The translations under genes and the position numbers were made by a program. From Patescibacteria group bacterium (lineage in GTDB: Bacteria > Patescibacteriota > Minisyncoccia > UBA6257 > GWB1-50-10), in assembly GCA_030018585.1 (NCBI GenBank), contig JASEHZ010000001.1, positions 9,484-73,483 on the forward strand: DNA of 64,000 bases. The letters are read 5' to 3'. Below the pieces are notes generated by a model that worked only from the letters and a program-made list of their open reading frames with translations, had not been told where the DNA came from and did not search any database. Shown here piece after piece: positions 57,846 to 64,000 of the stretch (position 1 is the stretch's first letter; each line of letters opens with the position of its first letter).

Positions 57846-59600
57846 GTGAAGACCTCAAAACGAGAACAAAAAAAGAGGGCATTTTTTGATATTCGGAATG
57901 AAGAATCTAAAAATTGGTGGTTTGATTGGATAAATTCGAAAAGAACCCTTAATTTAAGAAAAAAATTTTATGAACGGAAACCTATTGTAGCGTTACTTTT
58001 TGTATTTTTGATTAGTAGCGGAATTTTTGTTTTGAGAAGCGCTTTAACCAAGGCGGAAGCTGCTGATTTTTATCCCAATACTTGTTTGGGTACTTGGCAA
58101 AATCCGCAAAATGCCCAAGGCGTTCCAGAAACATTCAGTTCTGCAACAATTTTTGATGAAAATAATTCCGCTGTTTTCGCATCGGGAAGCGAAAGGATTT
58201 TCTGTGGCAGTTTTGTCCCACCCGATTATGAAACAGAAGGTAGCATTACTAATGCGGGTCTGACATTGGTTTGGGATTTTGTGGGGGTTTCCAGCTCTCT
58301 CTCAATAACCGAGCCCATTATTGAAGAAACCAGCACTGCCACATCAAGCAGCCCTTCGGAATCAAATCCGAATCTTTTACCAGATGCCAGCTCAACACAG
58401 GAAAATTCATCGGGGACGAGTCTTTATTTTAATAAGAACAAACTTTCTCTATTGGATCTTTTTTTTAATAAAGTTTATGCCGAAGGGGAATTGATGGTTG
58501 ATACGACTACTATCCAGGTTGTGTCGGTTGATGATAATAAAGATATTACTTCATCAACTGTTCAGGAAAGTTTAGATTTAAATAGTAATGTCGCTACGGG
58601 TTCTGTTTCAGAGATTGAAAATTCTTCTCAAGCAACAAGTTCCTTTGATGAAACATCAATATTTTTGGAAACAGTTAATTTGGGAGAAGCGTCCACGACA
58701 GAAGCATCCACTACTGTTATTATCGCTTCGCCAATTATTGCGCCGTTGGAACCGATTAGTTCATCAAGCGAGCCGATTTTAAATGGAACAGATGCTACAA
58801 TCTCTTCAATAGTGGCCCCAGTTACTGTTTTAGAATTAATTGAGCCGGTAATTGACGAGAATTTTATTTTGATAAGTTATAGTTTTGATGGCCAGGAATG
58901 GATAGAACTTAAGAAGGCCAATCAGGATAATTGGCAGAATCTTACTGTTACTTTACCGGTTAAATCTTGGGACGAGTTAAAAAAAATCCAAATTAGCATT
59001 GAAAATATTCCGACTTCTCTTTCGCAGATACCCCAAATTTACCTTGACGGTATGTTTTTAGAAGCTCATTATGAATTGTCTCCGGAATTAGTTGTTGGCG
59101 GCGGCGTAGTTTTGGAATCTGATGATTCAAACGGAGTAGATTTATCAGAAGCAGATCAGTTAATAGAATCTAATTTATCTTCAAGTTCTGTGTCGCAGCT
59201 AGCTACCAAACCTCTTCCGCGGGTATCTATCAAATCAGATGGTTTTAATTTAGAAAGCGAACAAACTGATTTTATTTTAGACCCAAAAGCTCTTTATGGC
59301 TGTAGAATTGAACCCTTTTCGCAAATTATTAAAAAAAACAACCCCGCCCATTATTTAGTTAATTTAAAACAATCAAATAAAGAAACGCCGTTTAGAATCA
59401 CTTTGGGCGATTTGCCGTTGGGTGTCGTTGCTTCTTTTTCGTCTTCTGGTTTTGAAGAATCGGGGGCAGTCAGTCTGGATTTTTCCCTTGGCGATAACGC
59501 TTCTCAAGGTTCTTATAATATAGTGGCGGTTTATGAAGAATTGGGTAAAGACGGTTTAGTTTCTTCAAATATGTGCCAGCTCAACCTTATTATTGATTAG
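57846..59600 (+). CDS. Large Ser/Thr-rich secreted surface protein
   Basis: 584 aa, N-terminal TM/signal, low-complexity S/T tracts. Confidence 0.4.
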   Translation: MKTSKREQKKRAFFDIRNEESKNWWFDWINSKRTLNLRKKFYERKPIVALLFVFLISSGIFVLRSALTKAEAADFYPNTCLGTWQNPQNAQGVPETFSSATIFDENNSAVFASGSERIFCGSFVPPDYETEGSITNAGLTLVWDFVGVSSSLSITEPIIEETSTATSSSPSESNPNLLPDASSTQENSSGTSLYFNKNKLSLLDLFFNKVYAEGELMVDTTTIQVVSVDDNKDITSSTVQESLDLNSNVATGSVSEIENSSQATSSFDETSIFLETVNLGEASTTEASTTVIIASPIIAPLEPISSSSEPILNGTDATISSIVAPVTVLELIEPVIDENFILISYSFDGQEWIELKKANQDNWQNLTVTLPVKSWDELKKIQISIENIPTSLSQIPQIYLDGMFLEAHYELSPELVVGGGVVLESDDSNGVDLSEADQLIESNLSSSSVSQLATKPLPRVSIKSDGFNLESEQTDFILDPKALYGCRIEPFSQIIKKNNPAHYLVNLKQSNKETPFRITLGDLPLGVVASFSSSGFEESGAVSLDFSLGDNASQGSYNIVAVYEELGKDGLVSSNMCQLNLIID

Positions 59601-59712
59601 CTTTTACAAGAAGTGCCAAAGAGATTTAGAGATTTAGATTTCCGTTATTTTTAAAGAGAAAAAATATAATCTTTAAAGAGAAAAATATATAATAACGCAA
59701 AATTGCTAACAA

Positions 59713-59730
59713 GGTTCAATCAATTGAACC
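59713..59730. promoter_or_regulatory. Palindrome GGTTCAAT-CA-ATTGAACC (copy 1 of 3), 20 nt upstream of regulator gene
   Basis: 8-bp arms, 2-nt spacer; same site recurs at 60151-60168 and 60490-60507. Confidence 0.55.
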
Positions 59731-59749
59731 GTTATGGTATTGTCGAAAT

Positions 59750-60148
59750 ATGGTAAGAATCACTAAACGGGGTATCACTCAAGAGTTAAATAAACAACTT
59801 GTTGATTTTTTATTGAGCGAAATAAAAAAGATTAAGACGAGTGATGGTTTGGATAAATTTATGAGCCGATTATTGACTTCCGAAGAACAGATAATGTTCA
59901 AGAAGCGTCTGGCAATTAATCTTTTCCTTGGTGAGAAAAAAAGAGTCAGAGATATCAGAAAAATTTTAGATGTTTCTAAGGCAACTATTGGTTTTGTCAG
60001 GCGAGGCTTGGTGAATCTTCCTAAAAAAGAGACAAGGACAGAGAAAATAATTGCCAAAAAAGATTCCAAAAAATCAGCACACAAATCTCGATATCCATAT
60101 CCGACTTACAAAGGTAGGGGTCGGTGGCGGTTTCTCGACCGCTTTTAG
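59750..60148 (+). CDS. TrpR-like YerC/YecD-family DNA-binding protein
   Basis: 132 aa; RLAINLFLGEKKRVRDIRKILDVSKATIGFVRRGL HTH region characteristic of YerC/YecD. Confidence 0.55.
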   Translation: MVRITKRGITQELNKQLVDFLLSEIKKIKTSDGLDKFMSRLLTSEEQIMFKKRLAINLFLGEKKRVRDIRKILDVSKATIGFVRRGLVNLPKKETRTEKIIAKKDSKKSAHKSRYPYPTYKGRGRWRFLDRF

Positions 60149-60150
60149 AA

Positions 60151-60168
60151 GGTTCAATTGATTGAACC
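60151..60168. promoter_or_regulatory. Palindrome GGTTCAAT-TG-ATTGAACC (copy 2), abutting the regulator stop codon
   Basis: Exact 18-mer. Confidence 0.55.
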
Positions 60169-60489
60169 TTGGAGGCGTTGTCTGAATATTTAATATTAGA
60201 TGTATATGAATAGATATAAAAGTAGATACAAAAACGGATATATGCGAATAGAACGTAAATAGATATTATTTGGATAAATGCGAGTGCTTTAATAGATATG
60301 AAAATGGATGAACAGGGGGGTGAACAGATATAAGTAGATGTTATTCAAGCGAGTATGTACAAGCAGGTACGTGTGAATATATGTTTTCTACAAAAATTGA
60401 AACGGGAAATTATAGAGTGTTATAATCTAGTAAAGCTCCGTGGTTTTTTTGATTTTTTTGACTGGCTGGGAATTCAGAAAGAAATGAAA

Positions 60490-60507
60490 GGTTCAATTGA
60501 TTGAACC
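60490..60507. promoter_or_regulatory. Palindrome GGTTCAAT-TG-ATTGAACC (copy 3), ~80 nt upstream of surface-protein gene 60590
   Basis: Exact 18-mer. Confidence 0.55.
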
Positions 60508-60589
60508 TCGGGGATATTTGATAAATATACGAGGTTTTTGAAATTTTTAAAAAAATTCCTTCAGAGTTTTTAAAACCATTTTAATATTA

Positions 60590-62731
60590 ATGAAAAAAAC
60601 ACTAAAATTCATATTAATTTTTTCACTGGTTTTGGGATGGGTTTTTTCTGGCTGGCCAAAGATTTGGCAAAATCCGAGAATTCCGCCGGAAATTCAAATA
60701 GCACAAGCAGCAACACTTGAATATGTTGGAGGGGCATCTGGCACGGGAACCGGAGCAACATATAGCGTTTCTCTTACCGGCCTTACAGGTGGCATTGGAA
60801 GTTCTGCGGCGGCAGGTGACCTTGTCATCGTTGTTACCGGATGGGCGAGTGCAGCCGATGGTAATCCTGGCGTTACCACACCCACTGGCTATACCGAAGT
60901 GTATGACCTTTACAAAAGTGACACTAGAGATGTTAATATGAGTGTCAACTGGAAGATTATGGGAGGAACTCCGGATACTTCTGTTACGGTAAGCGGCCAC
61001 AACAACGCGGCAAACGGAGGCGCGACTGTAGTTCATGTCTGGCGCGGAGTTGACTCGACAACGCCGATGGACGTTACTCCTCCTACTGGTGTCACCGCTG
61101 CCAACGCCTCGTCGCCAGATAGTCCGAGCATCACGCCAGTTACGAGCGGCGCGTATGTTTTATCCGTTGGTATGGGAACAGGGGATACCACACCACTGAC
61201 TAAAACTGCGCCGACTGGCTATGGCAATGCGCTATCTGTTGCGGGCAACGGCTCCACCATGTCGATTATCGCGAATATCGCGTCTAAGGTATGGAGCGGC
61301 AGCGGAGCGGAAGACCCTGCGGCATGGACCGGCGGCGAAACAAGCACTTCAGACTCGTGGGCCGCCGGCACTTTAGCAATACGGCCAGCGCCGTCTTTTA
61401 CCCAATCTGCTTACAGATTTTTTAATAATATAGATTCAACTGATGTTGGTTCAGTTTTGGCGAATCAAGATACGTCGGCAACGCTAAGTTCGAGTGGTGC
61501 TGAATTTCGTTTGCGTATGCTTTTACATATCGGCACAAGTCGGCTTGATGCTTCCGGCCAGCAATTCAAACTCCAGTTCGCCCAGATGTCCGGCACCTGT
61601 GATACGGTTTTTTCCGGCGAGTCATATGCTGATGTTACTGCGGCAACAGTTATTGCTTATAACAATAATACTACGCCGGCTGATGGCGATAATTTAACTG
61701 CCAATGCCAATGATCCGATTCACGGCGCAGATACTATTGTTAATCAGGATTATGAAGAATTAAATAATTTCACCAATTCTGTTGCGGCAATTCCTTCTGG
61801 TCAAGACGGTAAGTGGGATTTTTCTTTAAAGGACAATGGTGCTTCAGCAGAAACTGCTTATTGTTTTCGTGCAGTTTTATCGGACGGTACCTTATTTACT
61901 GCAGGTGGCGGTAGTTATAGCGTGGTTCCGGAAATTACTACGGCTTCGGCTAATTCAGCGCCAACAGTTTCTAATGTTGTTTTAAATAATTTGAACCCCA
62001 TTACTCTTACGCCGAACACCACAACTGCTGTTTTAGTTGTGGCGTCAACAACCGATTCTAACAACAATATTAGTTATGCTACTGGAACGATTTATCGGAC
62101 TGGCATTGGAGCAACCTGCGCGGCTGATAATTTAAATTGTTATCAGTTAGCAAGTTCAAGCTGCAGTTTTTCGGGCAGTACGAGTACTGTTACTTGTTCG
62201 GCTAATATCTGGTATTTTGCGCAAGCAACTGATTCTTCCTCTTCTTTTTCCGGCGACACCTGGTCAGGCAAGATTGCGGTTACTGACAGCGGCGGGCTTT
62301 CCGGCAGTTCTTCCACGGCGTCGCAGGTTGAGTTAAATACACTTCTTGCTATTGATGTTACGTCGGGAACAATTGATTACGGGACTTTAGTGCCGAATAC
62401 AAATACGGGTTCGACAAATCAAACTTCAACCGTAAAAAATGTTGGCAATTCTTCAACTACGCTTCAGCTTTCTGCTTCGCAGACATTAACTTCCGGTTCA
62501 AATTCAATTACCACAAGTTCTCAGCATTACGCAACTTCATCGTTTACTTTTGGCGGCAGTGAAGCGCAATTGAGCGATACGCCGACGACTGTAACAGGAT
62601 TTTCATTAACATCGCCCACAAGCACGAACGCGGTCTCAAGCATTGTTTATTGGGGCTTGAATGTCCCGGCTAGTAAGCCAACTGGCACTTATAGCGGGAT
62701 TAATGTTTTTACAGCGGTTTTTGTTCAGTAA
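60590..62731 (+). CDS. Giant Ser/Thr/Gly-rich surface protein (paralog A)
   Basis: 713 aa, N-terminal TM; C-terminal ~170 aa nearly identical to 62785 ORF. Confidence 0.45.
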   Translation: MKKTLKFILIFSLVLGWVFSGWPKIWQNPRIPPEIQIAQAATLEYVGGASGTGTGATYSVSLTGLTGGIGSSAAAGDLVIVVTGWASAADGNPGVTTPTGYTEVYDLYKSDTRDVNMSVNWKIMGGTPDTSVTVSGHNNAANGGATVVHVWRGVDSTTPMDVTPPTGVTAANASSPDSPSITPVTSGAYVLSVGMGTGDTTPLTKTAPTGYGNALSVAGNGSTMSIIANIASKVWSGSGAEDPAAWTGGETSTSDSWAAGTLAIRPAPSFTQSAYRFFNNIDSTDVGSVLANQDTSATLSSSGAEFRLRMLLHIGTSRLDASGQQFKLQFAQMSGTCDTVFSGESYADVTAATVIAYNNNTTPADGDNLTANANDPIHGADTIVNQDYEELNNFTNSVAAIPSGQDGKWDFSLKDNGASAETAYCFRAVLSDGTLFTAGGGSYSVVPEITTASANSAPTVSNVVLNNLNPITLTPNTTTAVLVVASTTDSNNNISYATGTIYRTGIGATCAADNLNCYQLASSSCSFSGSTSTVTCSANIWYFAQATDSSSSFSGDTWSGKIAVTDSGGLSGSSSTASQVELNTLLAIDVTSGTIDYGTLVPNTNTGSTNQTSTVKNVGNSSTTLQLSASQTLTSGSNSITTSSQHYATSSFTFGGSEAQLSDTPTTVTGFSLTSPTSTNAVSSIVYWGLNVPASKPTGTYSGINVFTAVFVQ

Positions 62732-62784
62732 AGTTGTCCACAGGACGTTTTTTCGCTTATTATGTAGTATAATTAATAAAAGAT

Positions 62785-63702
62785 ATGATAAAGACAATTT
62801 TGAGAATTTTTGGTGTTTTATTAATGACAGTTGCTGTTGGTGGTAGTTTGCTTTTAGTTTTACAAACCGTGATGGCGGTTAATATTTCAAGTTCAGTTAT
62901 TGTTGGCAATGCTGCGCCAACAGTTTCAGCTGTTTCAATAAATGGCGGTAATCCTATTACTTTAACTGCTAATGCGACAACTTCAGTGGTGGTTAATTTT
63001 ACTGTAACTGATAATAATGGCTGTTCCGATGTTTTTATGGGCGGTAATACCACAACCACTTCTTACCGGTCTGGTGTTGGCGGAAGTTGTACGGCTAGTA
63101 ATTTAAATTGTTATACCGTGACTTCCGTAACTAATAATTGTGCGGGCGGCAATAATGCTAATGCGACAGCGACTTTTGAAATTTATTATTTTGCTAATGC
63201 TACCGACGCCAGTTCTTCGTATTCGGCTCAAAATTGGCTGGCTCAAGTTTATGCCCGCGATGCTTCATCAGCAACCGGTACCGCTACTTCCACGGGCGTA
63301 GAATTAAATACTTTAACAGCCATTAATGTCACGACTTCTTCAATTAATTACGGCACTTTAGCGGCAGGCAGCAATACTGGCGCAACTAATCAAGTAGCAA
63401 CAAGTACTAATGCCGGCAATTCCTCAACCACACTTCAGCTTTCTTCTTCGCAAACTTTAACTTCCGGTTCTAATACGATTGCCACAAGTTCTCAGCATTA
63501 CGCGACTTCAACATTTAGTTTCGGCGGTAGTGAAGCGCAATTGAGCGGCACGCCGACGACTGTAACAGGATTTTCATTAACATCGCCCACAAGCACGAAC
63601 GCGGTAAGCCAGGCAGTATTTTGGGGTCTTGAAATCCCGGGCGGAACAGCAACCGGAACTTATAGCGGCGTTAATGTGTTTTCATCACTTTTCCAGCCGT
63701 AG
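62785..63702 (+). CDS. Ser/Thr-rich surface protein (paralog B, matches C-terminal half of 60590 ORF)
   Basis: 305 aa; shares AANSAPTVS..., NLNCY..., ELNTL.AI.VTS..I.YGTL and SQHYATS.F.FGGSEAQLS.TPTTVTGFSLTSPTSTNAVS blocks. Confidence 0.45.
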   Translation: MIKTILRIFGVLLMTVAVGGSLLLVLQTVMAVNISSSVIVGNAAPTVSAVSINGGNPITLTANATTSVVVNFTVTDNNGCSDVFMGGNTTTTSYRSGVGGSCTASNLNCYTVTSVTNNCAGGNNANATATFEIYYFANATDASSSYSAQNWLAQVYARDASSATGTATSTGVELNTLTAINVTTSSINYGTLAAGSNTGATNQVATSTNAGNSSTTLQLSSSQTLTSGSNTIATSSQHYATSTFSFGGSEAQLSGTPTTVTGFSLTSPTSTNAVSQAVFWGLEIPGGTATGTYSGVNVFSSLFQP

Positions 63703-63744
63703 TCTTAGGTTAAAAAGTTAATTAGTTAATAAAGTTAATTCAGT

Positions 63745-63775
63745 AAAAGCGTCTTTTATAAGGCGCTTTTAAATT
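63745..63775 (+). terminator. Intrinsic terminator AAAGCGTC-TTTTATAA-GGCGCTTT + TTAAATT
   Basis: Stem with one G:U pair and T-rich tail. Confidence 0.45.
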
Positions 63776-63804
63776 AAAGGAATTATGTTATAATAGAAAA
63801 ATTA

Positions 63805-64000
63805 ATGACTTTAAAAATAATTAAAAAATTAGTTTATTTATTGCTGTTATTTTTAATCGGTTTTTCAATTGTTATTCCGCAAGCGCGCGGCGCTTTTGGT
63901 ATATCGCCGCCGTTTTTAAACGCCGATCATTTGGTTAAAGGAACAAAATATATTCAAAAAATTTATCTTGTTCAAGATCAGCCAAACGAAGATTTGCGGA
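63805..64000 (+). CDS. Secreted protein, N-terminal fragment (cut by window end)
   Basis: ATG at 63805; MTLKIIKKLVYLLLLFLIGFSIVIPQARGAFG signal peptide; frame open to window end. Confidence 0.4.
   Translation, partial: MTLKIIKKLVYLLLLFLIGFSIVIPQARGAFGISPPFLNADHLVKGTKYIQKIYLVQDQPNEDLR

Overview
This is a low-GC, gene-dense bacterial chromosome segment that uses the standard genetic code (dnaB and recR end in TGA). It looks like a reduced Candidate-Phyla-Radiation/Patescibacteria-type genome, though the taxonomy is inferred. Housekeeping genes dominate: pheT (5'-truncated), recG, cca, rplU, recR, dnaB, cysS, tsaC, efp, mnmA, asnS, aspS, ndk, rpmB, rpsL-rpsG-fusA, prs and eno. There are six tRNAs plus one unresolved tRNA-like element. 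A DNA-uptake theme appears in a ComEC broken into four ORFs, a triple lamin-tail-domain (LTD) protein and a phospholipase-C/S1-P1-nuclease-like secreted giant. A MacA/MacB-like ABC export triad and several huge Ser/Thr/Gly-rich surface proteins are also present. The most unusual observations are these. (1) A four-copy family of ~124-130-nt elements, each beginning with ATGAATCCCGTTAG... and ending with ...CTAACGGGATG, always placed so that its 3' ATG is the start codon of the downstream gene (recR, a surface protein, a VirD4-like ATPase, eno); the arms and an inner GG...CC hairpin carry compensatory changes. (2) A tRNA locus with a tRNA-like 5' half fused to long hairpins, a tRNA-Ala sitting between 16-nt inverted repeats, and a decayed copy of its own 3' end. 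(3) A four-gene block of unknown function inserted after fusA where tuf is expected, bounded by a 20-nt direct repeat. (4) A YerC/TrpR-like regulator bracketed by three copies of an 8+2+8 palindrome and a TAGATA-like repeat field, lying between giant paralogous surface-protein genes. (5) Several genes disrupted at A/T homopolymers (ndk, comEC, a methyltransferase, the LTD protein, a HAD remnant). These may be assembly indels rather than true pseudogenes. Most regions are annotated from motifs only; no database search was possible.
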